Shown one piece after another: positions 26,230-37,915 of a stretch of 64,000 nt of DNA; position 1 is the first letter of the stretch; each line of letters opens with the position of its first letter. Source of the stretch: Podarcis melisellensis (lineage: Eukaryota). The notes below the pieces were generated by a model that was given only the letters and a program-made list of their open reading frames with translations, had not been told where the DNA came from and ran no database searches. The translations under genes and the position numbers were made by a program. The stretch lies in NCBI GenBank assembly GCA_964234715.1, contig OZ174279.1; one strand, 5' to 3'.

Positions 26230-26593
26230 TGTTAGTAAAACGCCCCTGGGAAGGGTGCCAACTTCCCAAGACACCGGGGCTTCTCTCCGGTGGTCATTCT
26301 CTGGCTGGAATCCTCCCTCAGTCCAGAGAGACCAGTAATAAACGACCCCTCCCTCCTGAGAGGAGCACACTAAGCTTCTGGCATTCCATCACAGAAGAAA
26401 GAGACAGTCCATAGTCTACCTAGTACTTTATTAAGACAGTACAAGCAGCTCTTACAAGCATGACTGCTTTCCTGAGCAGCAAAACACGAGAGTCTACGAC
26501 TCAACTCACACTTCGACTCAGAAGCAAAAGTAACTCTCCGGTTACATGAGAACTGGCAGAGACTTCCTGTCTCACACTCACATGATGTCAACA
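26230..26593 (-). mobile_element. Possible solo LTR
   Basis: 364 bp bounded by TGTT...AACA, with AATAAA on the minus strand (tttatt at about 26427). A CACAGT direct repeat overlaps both ends. The TSD is not canonical. Confidence 0.5.
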
Positions 26594-27288
26594 CAGTAGC
26601 TGCCTCTTTGCAGCTGGTGAGATCTGAAATCCCAACACACAGTTCCTCTGCACACTATATTTGCAGTCCTAAACCCACCTACCTAGGGGTCAGTCTCATT
26701 GGATTCAATGGGGTTTACTTCTCAGTAGACATGGTTACAAACTCTCCAAGTGTCCTGATTTTCCAAGGACAGTCCCATAATTATGAGAACCATCCCGGCT
26801 TCTGATTTAATCCTGGTATGCCCTTTTCCCCCGACCAGTGCTGCCGCTGTTGAGCTTAAGGAGGGGAATGAGCTGGTGCTTGGTGGCACTACCATGGACC
26901 CCCGTTTATGGAGCTCTAATTAGCACTAGGCAGCCACTGTTTCAACTTCCCACAATGCCCTGAAGCAATGCTATGTGGGAAATCCCAATGGTAGATGCCT
27001 CATGCTCATAAGAGGAGTGCTGACACTTACTGCTCCTGCAATGGTAAAACCATCTACCTGACACCATGGAGGAAGAGGAGAGCTTGCCCACATACACTGA
27101 GGACATCAAGGGGCCCCACAATGTGGGACACTTCAAACCTGTAGCTGGCCCTGATGTTCACCCACCAGAAACCTTCAGGCTCTACCCACAATCCACCAGG
27201 TCCTATTGTGACACTGCCTGTTCTGAGCCTGCTCAAGAAGCTAGTACGTTTGCAAGCAACATTTTGCAAAGCTAATCCTTGACAACAT

Positions 27289-27539
27289 AAAGGTAAAGGT
27301 AAAGGGACCCCTGACCATTAGGTCCAGTTGCAGATGACTCTGGGCTTGCGGCGCTCATCTCACTTACTGGCCGAGGGAGCCGGTGTACAGCTTCTGGGTC
27401 ATGTGACCAACATGACTAAGCTGCTTCTGGCGAACCAGAGCAGTGCACGGAAACGCCGTTTACCTTCCCGCCGGAGTGGTACCTATTTATCTACTTGCAC
27501 TTTGACGTGCTTTTGAATTGCTAGGTTGGCAGGAGCTGG
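27289..27539 (-). mobile_element. Sauria SINE, 5'-truncated
   Basis: (ACCTTT)n tail and a conserved body (gcaagtagataaataggtac) shared with five other copies in the window. Confidence 0.92.
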
Positions 27540-27573
27540 CCACCAAAACTACAACAGATTCATGGAATAGTTT

Positions 27574-27787
27574 TAGGACCGGCACACCCATGAGGCAAAG
27601 TGAGGCGACTACCTCAGGCAGTAGGGTCCACCTGGGGAGGAAGATCCCAATGTCAATATTCCCTGCCCCCCTCCCAGTTCCTGATGTAGATCTTTCCTGA
27701 CCCCTTATTCCCTGTTCGGGGGGGGGCAGGGGAGAAACACCATTTTGGAATCTGCCTCAGGTGTCAAAATTTCTTGGTCCAGCCCTG
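27574..27787. mobile_element. Degenerate hAT-like MITE
   Basis: Termini taggaccggc ... tccagccctg with subterminal tgaggc/gcctca repeats. Confidence 0.5.
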
Positions 27788-30700
27788 AGTGGTTTTGCAT
27801 TTGTATGATATGATGCAGCCCAATAAAATAAGAGCCTGGCTACATATTATACTCTTCATGACCATTCAGTGCCCACCATGTGAGAGTTATGAAGAGTCTT
27901 TCACCAACAGGCTCAGAAAGCCAAATGGGATAGAAATCACTACTTATACCAATGAAGATAGTTATTTTTCTCTGTACATTGTTTATCTTCCCTTATCGCT
28001 TCACTTAGTGGATAATTTTCCCTGTTGGCCCCACCACCACCAATCCCTTCTCCAAGAGAGAAGATAAATAAGGGGAGATATGCAATGAATGGAGAAAGGT
28101 AGCCAGTAACTCTTCCTTTCGCTGCATGTTTACTATCCCTTCCAACTTCCTCTGCTTGATAGTGGGGGGAGCCTGTAGAATTGTCTCATATTGCAGGGAG
28201 CTAATCCCTAATGGTAAATGTAACATGTAGCCAGGCTCCTAGAGTCTAAGTTAACATATGCACTAAATTGCTATGGTAGGAATTAAAATCCTCTCTGTTT
28301 TTCCTTTTATGAAATGTTGCTTTCAAAAGCACAGCTGTCAGTCCTTCCATCGTTTCCGTTGGGGCAGAAATCATAGCAGCTGCTTCCTGCTAGGCCATGT
28401 CAATTATTCACAATAGGCTTCCACTCAAGAAAAGCAAACTGGCCTTATTGATGTATCTCCCTCCCAAGCTTTGCCACAATCTTATAAATGTAATTGACAT
28501 TTCCATGCATTTTTATTTTCTGTACCCTTTGCTCTGAGCCATTGAGAGAAGAGTGCAATGGTACAAAAAACAATGACACTTAAAAAAAAAAGGTCTTAGA
28601 AAAAGAATCCAGTTCCTCCAAACTCTCTTTCTGCTACTGTACAATCTCGCCAAAAAGAAAATAGCAAAGTTTGTCTGGATGCAAAAAGGTTGACACCCCC
28701 TAGTTAGTTCTCTAATGGTGCAGGCAATCCTATAGATGTCTGCTTAGAAGCAAGAACCATTGAGTTCAATAGGCTGTGGCAAAATCAATTAATCAGTTGC
28801 ACCTTATTGTGCATTTCAACGACCTTCTTTAAAAAGAAGCCTGAACTTGCGAGTGTTCTCCTTGATATATATTTTTATTGTAAGAAATGAGACTAGAATG
28901 AAACTCGCTTTTCATTAAAGCCTGCATATTTCATAGGCAGCGGAAGCACTTAAGAGACCTTAGGAAAAGTCTACGATTTTTAAATAGCTAAAAACTCCTC
29001 ATCGCAATTCACAGGGGTCTTCTTAATAATAAAATAATCCATTTGAAGTATTCTAGATTAGTGCCAGGCCAAGGAAATAAGTTTCCTCTTGGGGGTCATA
29101 ATGCTTTCAACTTTTAAAAGGATGTAAAGGATGTACACCATAAATGGACAAACAAAGAGTATGATGTGCAGTTATGTGCATTAAGTAGCATGTCCATTTT
29201 CTTTCACTAAGGGAGACCTTTTAACATTTTCACTGAAAAATGTTCACTGGAGACATAATTAAAATGATATTTTCACGCCCTCAATAAATATAAATACAAG
29301 AAGATAAAAATTATGGGAAAGTTAATATTTTATCACTGCGCTTTACGATATGTTTAAAGTCATTTCTGTTCAGCATTGCTGAGCTATAATTTATTAAATA
29401 TATAGCTAACATATTGGTTAGGTTGCCAGTTTTCTAGTCCTCCTATGTACACAGTCCAATTCTAATAAATTCTAATAAAGCTTTGAAGGGGCTTGGCTGA
29501 ATCACCAAAAGCAAAAGTCTTATTCCTGTTGATACGGCAGAAACTTGACAGTTCCAACAGCCAACAACGGAAAAGCCATCTCCTGTATTTACCAGTTTCC
29601 ACTGAGCAATACATTTGGAATATACAGGAGTTCAGTGCATGAACAAATCACATGAACTGGGAACCGGCGTTAACATGTTAGTCACTTTCACAACGCCATT
29701 GCTACCACTAAATTATGTTATCTTTCATATTTTTATGGTTGTCATTTATTCACTTCCTAGACCATTTGGAGTGCCTAGCTATGCTCATAACAAGTTACGA
29801 TGGAAAAAACATAATTTGCCAAAATGAGGGCAGAAATGGTCATTTTCATTAATGAGGCAATTGGTAAGAAATGGATTAAGACAGTGAAGGCTGGTCCATT
29901 TGAACAAATGGGCCGCTACACTGCCAACCTCAGTCTGCCCTCAGCCAGACCCCACTTATCTGCCTTCCTCCTTACCAACAGCCCAGCAGGTTAACTGGCT
30001 GCTTCTTCTTCCTCCTTCTTACTGTTAGTGTTGCCTTTGTACAACTCAACAGGGAGGTCGCTGGGCCCTGGCCTGATCCAGCAATCTCTTCTTGTGCTCT
30101 TATATACTCAAAATTCAAAAGGTGTAAGCTTTCGGTTTGCTGGTTTCTCGTGAATGACATTTTGTGTGTGTCTTTAACAGCTTATTAATGTTGCTACTAC
30201 TAAACAATTGATTTTGTGGCACGTTTTGTAGGATCCTATTCTACCTTTCTGTATTTTTTCTAAAAGAAAACGATGTGCGCTCACCTGAGCTCCACAGGAG
30301 GAAAGCACAATATTAATGCAATTAATAAATAAACCGGAATTAGAACTTTTTGCTGAAACTGCTTCAGAGTTTTCACTATACCCTTTACACATTTCCCTGG
30401 AAATATCCTCCTTTGGAAATGAAAAGCCTTTCAAGTGCCAGTAAGCAGATAGCATGGCTTCAAGCCAACAAAACACTCAAGTATGTGCATAAATTTAAGC
30501 ACACATGTAGCTTCATGGAGATCAATGGGGCTGACTCAAAGCCTACTTGAAGTCACCAGGAGCTTGTAAAATGATGCCCTTACAGTTACTCTCATACTTA
30601 GGCCCTGATCCAGCAGAGCACTTATCAGATCAATGATGTCAGGTAGTCAGTCCAGAGAAGTGACGGAAGAGACATGACTGGAGAACAGTAATGATTAGCT

Positions 30701-31254
30701 GAGTCACACTTCGGAGCAAACAGAACAAGCATGATGTGATGGTAATTACTGCCTGAGTAGAAGAAGAGCAATTTACCCTAACAGAGTCCAGTGACTGAGT
30801 GCATCTTGCCTAGGCAGCAACATCAAGCGTTTGAGTGAAATCCATTATATTTTGCAAACTTCCCCAAAACAAGACAAAACATTGGGGTTAAATAAGAATA
30901 AGAATAATAACAAAAGTATACACTTTTTGATGGATGATGCTCACAACACAGAGTAGCTGGCGCAGAGCTTCCACAGATGAGAAACTTGATGATCTACCTA
31001 AAAAGGGGAGGGGACCTCAGATTTGGGGCCAAACATAGCCCTCCAGGCTTCTCTGTCTCAGGCCATGTTCCCTTCCCAGCCAAAGGCCACCTACACATTT
31101 TCCTGGACTTGCTTTGCACCCTCTTGTAGGGTTTTCGCCCTGCTGGGCTGTGTCTTTATACAATGACTCCATGCAGCGACATCCCTGAGGACATTTGGGA
31201 TGCTTCAGGTGGAGAAATTCTCAAGTTTATGAATAGAATCCAGCTTGGAGGGTC

Positions 31255-31450
31255 AACATAAGCTCTATTCCAGGTCAAACTATCTATCCATCTAGACCAA
31301 TGTTGTCTGCACTGACTGACTGCCAGCAGCTCTCTGGGATCTCAGACAGAGATCTTTCACACCATTTGCTACTGGATTCTTTTAACCAATGGCATCAAGG
31401 ACTGGACTTGGGCCCTTCTGTGTGCAAATCATGTGCTCTGCTGCCATCCC
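31255..31450 (-). mobile_element. tRNA-derived SINE with CR1-like tail (Squam2-like), degenerate
   Basis: Tail ccatctagaccaatgttgtctgcactgactg and head ggactggacttgggcccttctgtgtgcaaa, a reverse-complemented tRNA B-box region. Confidence 0.55.
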
Positions 31451-32218
31451 TGCCCTTTAGCAGCTTTGGAAATGGAATTGTGATATATGTGAAATTAATC
31501 GTGTTACTATGCTAGGAAGCAACTGCCCAGGAATTACATCTACAGAGATATGGAATTGCTTCTACAGAACTCGTTCAATTGCTGCCTGACATCCTTTTGG
31601 CAAGAGGTGCCAGGGACTGAACCTGCTGTAAGCAAGACCTGGATTCTATTGCTAAACCACAGTCCCCAGGGGGAAATGCCAAACATTGCCACAAGCTTTT
31701 TTATACGTATTAAAGTCACTAAGGAAATCTTAAGCTACACCATCTCCCCAGCAAAGGATGGCATTCAGACTCCTGTTTCCACTGTGAAATGTCCTTCCCA
31801 TCAAGTTTGGAAGGAAGACATGTGTATCATCAACAAGCTGGTGAGATCAACTTCATGAAAATACCATGAAGTTTTTGGTGAGCCACTGATTATATCACAC
31901 ATGGTACAACATACCATTTTACTGATGAAGAACTGGAGGCATAGCTCGGTTTGGTGTAAAATGCCACGATGCAACTACAAATCCTATAAATAAGCAATAT
32001 GTTATATGATAGATCCAAGCCACATGGTGCCTTTTTATTGCAGGTTACTCTATCTGCATGTCTCCTTGAATTAAACAAATTACTTGGTTTGTCACTATCC
32101 CATTGACTTTGCTGCCAGCATTTGCTGTTTCCTCACACAACCACCTTTATCACAGTATTTCACATTGTCCCGGAAGTCAAAATTAACATGTCATTTCAGA
32201 ATGCCTGGTGGACAAAAT

Positions 32219-32752
32219 GACAGGGGACCTCCTATCTTATGGAGTTTTCCTTCGTTATTGGGTATAATCCAATGGAAAGGAAATGCATTAAATCCAGTGC
32301 TATTTTCTAGAAAAAGAGGTGCTGGAACTCACCATGAATGGTGCCCACCTGAGAGGGGCCAGACCTGGGTCCTGGTGAGTTCCAGCTGAAAAAAGCCCTG
32401 ATTAAATCCTAATTAAACTGAAGGGAACAGAGCTGGATCTACCATGAAACTAATGAAGTTTAAGCTTCAGGGCCCCTGATCCCAGACAGGGGACCTCCTA
32501 TCTTATGGAGTTTTCCTTCGTTATTGGGTATAATCCAATGGAAAGGAAATGCATTAAATCCAGTGCTATTTTCTAGAAAAAGAGGTGCTGGAACTCACCA
32601 TGAATGGTGCCCACCTGAGAGGGGCCAGACCTGGGTCCTGGTGAGTTCCAGCTGAAAAAAGCCCTGATTAAATCCTAATTAAACTGAAGGGAACAGAGCT
32701 GGATCTACCATGAAACTAATGAAGTTTAAGCTTCAGGGCCCCTGATCCCAGA
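32219..32752. repeat. Exact 266-bp tandem duplication
   Basis: 32219-32486 is repeated at 32485-32752 with no difference seen by eye and a 2-bp GA overlap at the junction. Confidence 0.95.
32295..32400. mobile_element. hAT MITE with 8-bp TSD ATTAAATC (duplicated at 32561-32666)
   Basis: TIRs CAGTGCTATTTT / AAAAAAGCCCTG. TSD at 32287-32294 and 32401-32408. Confidence 0.9.
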
Positions 32753-33131
32753 GGGGCTCCAGAAACAACTTTAGTCCATATTGCTTGAAAAAAATTGGTC
32801 TAGTAGACCCAGTTTCTTCATTCTATGAGGCACCATGTATGTACATAACATTTCTGTTATTTGTATCCACCCACATAACTTGAAAACTGTAAGGCATAGG
32901 GATTTCTTATTCACTTTATTGACTTTGACATGCGAGATAATCCAGCATGGCAATTTTAATCAAAATCTGAGATGTAATGGTTAATTAAATATATAGATAT
33001 CTGGTGATCTGTTGTGGAACAACCCCATTAAAGAAGATAACAGTGGTTACCCACTGGTTACCATTACTGGTTGCGAAGGGGCCACCATAACAGTTCAAAC
33101 TTCGGGGGCCCCCAGTGTAGGTCTGCCACTG
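32694..33131. mobile_element. Older hAT-like non-autonomous element
   Basis: Imperfect TIRs cagagctggatctac / gtaggtctgccactg and subterminal gggcccc motifs. No clean TSD. Confidence 0.45.
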
Positions 33132-33210
33132 ACTGGAACTAGGAATCTTGCATTTAATAAATTCACCAACAATAACAGACAATTCAAAGGTAAAAAACAA
33201 TGCATGCTGC

Positions 33211-34013
33211 CAGTGGCGTAGCGTGGGTTGTCAGCACCCGGGGCAAGGCAAGTAATTTGCACCCCTACCCCGTGGATTTTAGCACTCGAGTGCGAGCACA
33301 CCCCCCCCAGATGTTGCGGCCGGCCCTCCTGCACCCCCCCACGCTACGCCACTGAGGCTGGGGGCGAGCGAAGGAGCCAAGGACCCCCCCTTAAGGCTCA
33401 GCAGGAATTTATTAAATTTATTATTTGCGGAGCCCCCGCGAGCCGAGGCAGCCGAAGCCCCCTCCCCTCGGGGGCCTCCCCGCCCCCTCCTCTCCTTGGG
33501 CTGTAGGTGGAGTCCGCGCTCCGAGGCGCTCCAGATCCGGGCTTGGCGAGCGCCTCTCCTCCTCCCGGCCGGGTCCGGGGGCTTCCAGCCGTGCTCCGTC
33601 CTCCCCCCCCGGCTGAGACTTGCGCTGAGAGCCGGAGCCAGCGGTGCCCCCTTCCGCCGGGAGACCCTCGCCCGCCCGCCGGCTTCCTCTCGGAGGGTTT
33701 TGGGGAGCGCAGGGCGCGGCGAGGCCCCTCGGAGCTCTCCTCCCTCCCAGTCGGCAGAAGCAGCCACCGCCTGTGGCTGGGCCGAGGGGATGGCGGCGGC
33801 GGCGGGGTGCGGAGGCTGCCCGTGCCCGGCCAGGCGGCGGCGGCGCTGCTGCAGCGGCTGCTCCTCCTGCGAGCAGTGAGTGGAGCGCAGCAGCGGCGGC
33901 GGGGGGGAGCCCGGCAGAGGAAGGAACTTGTCCCTTCCCTCTGGACTCGTGCCCCCCCAGATGTTGCGCCCGGTGCGGCCGGCACCGCTGGCACCCCCCA
34001 CGCTACGCCACTG
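33211..34013. mobile_element. Composite hAT element carrying captured GC/CpG-rich DNA, 8-bp TSD CATGCTGC
   Basis: Outer TIRs CAGTGGCGTAGCGTGGG / CCCACGCTACGCCACTG. TSD at 33203-33210 and 34014-34021. An extra internal right end finishes at 33354. Confidence 0.9.
33355..33951. promoter_or_regulatory. CpG-island / 5'UTR-like cargo inside the hAT element
   Basis: Very GC- and CpG-rich against an AT-rich, CpG-depleted background. Contains GC boxes (ccccgccccc, cccgcccgcc) and GCG runs. Confidence 0.6.
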
Positions 34014-35009
34014 CATGCTGCAGCCTTCCCAGAGAGTATCGCTTCAACCACTGTCTCTGTGTGCATAGATGTATGTGCATGTGTGTGTGTGTACACTCTC
34101 TCTTCCTCTCTTCCAGATTTCCTGCACATGTAAGGTTGCAAGAATAAGACTTTAAGTCAAACTATCTCCCTGATATTCTAGACTTCCCCATGCAAGGAAT
34201 ATTTTTATGTGAGGAAGCATTAAACCATGTAACCCCTCACCTACAGATTCAAGTAATACTATGGCTGTGGATGTTGCTTCTGGCATGCAACTTGATAGGA
34301 GATTTCTGTACTATAACCCCTATTCTGGAGGGATCATATGGGGGAAATAAATGTTTTAATCAGCCCTGAGATGACCCACTCCCAGAGAACAAGGAAGACC
34401 TTCTGACCATGTTGGGAAACATAATCACACTTATATCTAATTTCTCACAAACTCTGTGAATGTTCTCTGAGGGTTTGACAGTTCTTTACTCTTACATTCC
34501 TGACAACTGGCACGCAATACTGTAATTTGACAATGAAAATGGTAATTGAATTGAATTTGCTCTATTTTAACTGTCAAAAGAGTAGCTCTCTCTACTGCAA
34601 GTATGTTTTTGGGTTCTTGAAAATACTTTCATGAGATGTCATTCACCTATTTAAAACCGTATAACAACAATACTAAATGTCAAAGCATTTCCAAGGACAT
34701 TTTTTCAGCATACACAGAAATTTGTAGTTTTCAAGTTCTGCTTTAATATCAAGTGCATGAATCTCACGTTGCTAAGCCATTAAATGCAATTAATAATCAA
34801 CATTTTGCCTCTGGGGTTCCATCAGCCAATCAACAACTGTGTATCTTAACTGAAGTGGTACCAACAAAAGTCAGCAGCATCTTGGGGCATTTTGGGATAC
34901 CTGTGGATCATTCCTTGCAGCAATAGCTTGAGGTAAGGCTCTAATTAAAAGCTCTTTTCTTTCTTACTGAATGTGGATATTCTGTGCCTGACCAAACTCT
35001 CCTCTGAGA

Positions 35010-35175
35010 CTGACAGCCCAATCCTGTATATGTCTACTCAGAAATAAGTCTTATGGAGTTCAATTAGGCATATTCCCAAGACTGTCTTGCAATCCTAGCC
35101 ACTCTTACCTGGGAGTAAGTACAGCTGAATTCAGTGAGCCATACTATCAAGTAAACATCCTTAATATTGGGCTGT
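35010..35175. mobile_element. Two adjacent short (about 80 bp) palindromic MITEs
   Basis: Pattern caatcct...tac..(a/g)gaa.taag...gagttcaa...(ac/at)t..caag. Related copies at about 26660, 28725, 41543-41635 and 63257-63340. Confidence 0.55.
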
Positions 35176-35196
35176 AGATGGGTAATGGCTAGGTTT

Positions 35197-35883
35197 GTTG
35201 TTGTTTAGTTGATTAGTCGTGTCTGACTCTTCGTGACCCCTTGGACCAGAGCACGCCAGGCACTCCTGTCTTCCACTGCCTCCCGGAGTCTTGTCAAATT
35301 CATGTTGGTTGCTTCTATAGCACTATCCAACCATCTCGTCCTCTTTCGCCCCCCTCTCCTTGTGCCCTCAATCTTACCCAACATCAGAGTCTTTTCCAGG
35401 GAGTCTTCTCTTCTCATGAGGTGGCCAAAGTATTAGAGCCTCAGCTTCAGGATCTGTCCTTCCAGTGAGCACTCATGGTTAATTTCCTTCAGAATGGATA
35501 CGTTTGATCTTTTTGCAGTCCATGGGACTCTTAAGAGTCTCCTCCAGCACCACAATTCAAAAGCATCAATTCTCTGGTGATCAGCCTCCTTTGTGGTCCG
35601 GCTCTCACTTCCATACATCACTACTGGGAAAACCATAGCTTTAACTATATGGATCTTTGTCGACAAGGTGATGTCTTTGCTTTTTGAGATGCTGTCTAGG
35701 TTTATCATCACTTTTCTCCCATGAAGCAGGCGTGTTTTAATTCGTGACTGCTGTCAACATCTGCCGTGATCATGGAGCCCAAGAAGGTAAAATCTGTCAC
35801 TGCCTCCATTTCTTCCCCTTCTGTTTGCCAGGAGGTGATGGGACCAGTGACCATAATTTTAGTTTTTCTGATGTTGAGCTTCA
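35197..35883 (-). mobile_element. BovB LINE, 5'-truncated, with 13-bp TSD AATGGCTAGGTTT
   Basis: Frameshifted BovB C-terminus (KAMVFPVVMYGSE, FELWCWRRLLRVPW, MRREDSLEKTLMLGK). TSD at 35184-35196 and 35884-35896. Confidence 0.95.
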
Positions 35884-36184
35884 AATGGCTAGGTTTAGGC
35901 ATACTGAATTAAACTTATCTGCAATATTTATTTTCATTAATTAAGTTGAATTTACAAAATAATGATATGGTTTAAAGTAGCAAGGAGACCTCAGTTTTAC
36001 TCAAAGTAAACCCACTGAAATTAATGAGCATGACTAAGTTAGTCCAAGCATGACTAAGTTAGTCTAAGTGCAAATTGAGGGAATGGAGTACCAATGGAGT
36101 ATTTCTGGTTGTTGGCTGGTGTGTGTATATGCAGAGATAGATATATACAGATACATTTACACACACACTATATGCTACCTCATT

Positions 36185-36323
36185 CAGTGCTATTTTTCTA
36201 GAAAAATAGGTGTCAAAATTCACCAGGAGTGCCTCCCTTGTTCCCTTATAAAAATGGCAATGGCGCCCACTTAAGAGGTGCCAGAACTGAGTTCCAGTGA
36301 GTTCCTGCTGGAAAAAAGCCCTG
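36185..36323. mobile_element. hAT MITE (family of 32295)
   Basis: Same TIRs as 32295. Degenerate TSD ACCTCATT/ACCACAAT. Confidence 0.8.
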
Positions 36324-36483
36324 ACCACAATCAAATAAAATTTAATGGAGCTAAAGTTTTATCTGATGGCTTTATAAAGGTCTCCCATAATCAAATTCTA
36401 CATCAAGCTCTTGAAGCTTATGCCATTTCCATTCATTTCTGTTCCAGCTACTACTGCTAGTCCACAGTTTTACACTTTCCTGG

Positions 36484-37064
36484 CATAGCTGTCAAGTGTC
36501 CCTTATTTGAAGGGACAGTCCCTTATTCCAGCACCATGTCCCACTGCTGTCCCTTATTGATGGATGTCCCTTAAATTTCAAAGGAAGCAGCTCCTCTCCC
36601 TCCCTCCCTGCCGGCCAGGGAGGAGGGAGGCTCCAACTGTGTTGCTTGGCTGTGTTGCTTACCCAATAAGAAGTCTAAGAACGACTGGGGGGTGGAGCTT
36701 GCATGCCTTGTGTGTGGCTTGTTAATGCAAGCTAAGGGGTTTTTTGAATGCTGGACGCCATTTTGTGGCACGTGCTGCTGCAAACTTTGCAATGCAAAGC
36801 CAGGCCGGGGAGCCATCTTAAGTTGAGGCTGCATAGGCCTTGTGGTGCATGTGATTCAGATTCTATTCAGTTGAACCTCTGGTTACAAAGTTGGTTGGAC
36901 AGTGTTCTCGAAGCTACCAGCATGAGTTTGACCAGACTGCAGGAGGACAGGAAGACTGGAGTGCCTGGAACAGGTGAGGCTGCAGGTCCCTTATTTTGGC
37001 TGCTGGTCCCTTATTTTCAAGGCTGCTGGTCCCTTATTTTCAAATCTGTAAGTTGACAGCTATG
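36484..37064. mobile_element. hAT non-autonomous element with 8-bp TSD TTTCCTGG, containing a BovB fragment
   Basis: TIRs CATAGCTGTCAA / TTGACAGCTATG and subterminal GTCCCTTA repeats. TSD at 36476-36483 and 37065-37072. Confidence 0.92.
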
Positions 37065-37275
37065 TTTCCTGGTGCTTACATAGGTAAGCAGCAGGAAAAA
37101 ACTACAACATAGTAAGGTTCTCTCTAAACTATCGCTTTTCCAAAGTGCAAATCAGATTCTCTGTAAGAGAGAGAGAGAGAGAACTTGCAATTTCATATTA
37201 GTGGACCTGTGCGAATGGACAACAAAAGTCCACTCACTACAATGCAATGTTCAATCTTCGATATTTCCCACAGAC

Positions 37276-37276
37276 T

Positions 37277-37348
<72 letters not shown>
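37276..37348. repeat. (TTTC)n microsatellite
   Basis: Tandem tetranucleotide array. Confidence 0.97.
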
Positions 37349-37351
<3 letters not shown>

Positions 37352-37915
37352 CACACTTGGAGAATAGCCATACAGATAATTTTGTAAATGGCTGGAGATA
37401 AATTAGTCTAAGTACTCTGTTATCCATCTCTATAGGGCATATGCTAATTTAATTGATAATTATTACATTAACTACTTGGTATTGTGCTTTTTATACATTA
37501 CCATTTTTTTCCAATCAGTGCGGGTGTCTCCCATACAGTTACTCAGTGTTTAATAAACCCTCTTCTCTCAGATCTGTGGCACCACATCCAAATCCACTTT
37601 ATTATAGAAATGATACCTTCAAGGCTATTGCCGTCCAGTAATAAGAGCCTTTGTGAATTGGGGGTGTCATCCTATTAGCTTACTTATTAACAATATTAAT
37701 ATAATTATTAATTATATTATTGTAATTATATGCTTATAAAAATCTTTGGAACAGCAATACATTAAGAAATGTGAGAGTCGAAAGAGCTCAGCAATCTAGC
37801 CAATTGCACCAAGAAGCCCACCAACTGCCCTTGTTGCATGACTAACAGAATATTCTATACACATGGCGGAGGAGAGGGGAATTATGGTAACAAGCTGGCC
37901 CAGGACCTCCATATA

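Noticed and set aside
29580-29630. Hairpin ctcctgtat...atacaggag as a miRNA candidate
   Set aside because: Only a 9-bp strong stem, too short for a pre-miRNA, and no known mature sequence recognised.
32219-32752. CRISPR-like or array interpretation of the repeats
   Set aside because: Eukaryotic DNA with a simple two-unit duplication and no repeat-spacer architecture.
33279-34147. Overlapping ORFs of 127-247 aa in several frames
   Set aside because: Expected from stop-codon scarcity in very GC-rich DNA. They are low-complexity, cross transposon boundaries and show no recognisable domain or transposase.
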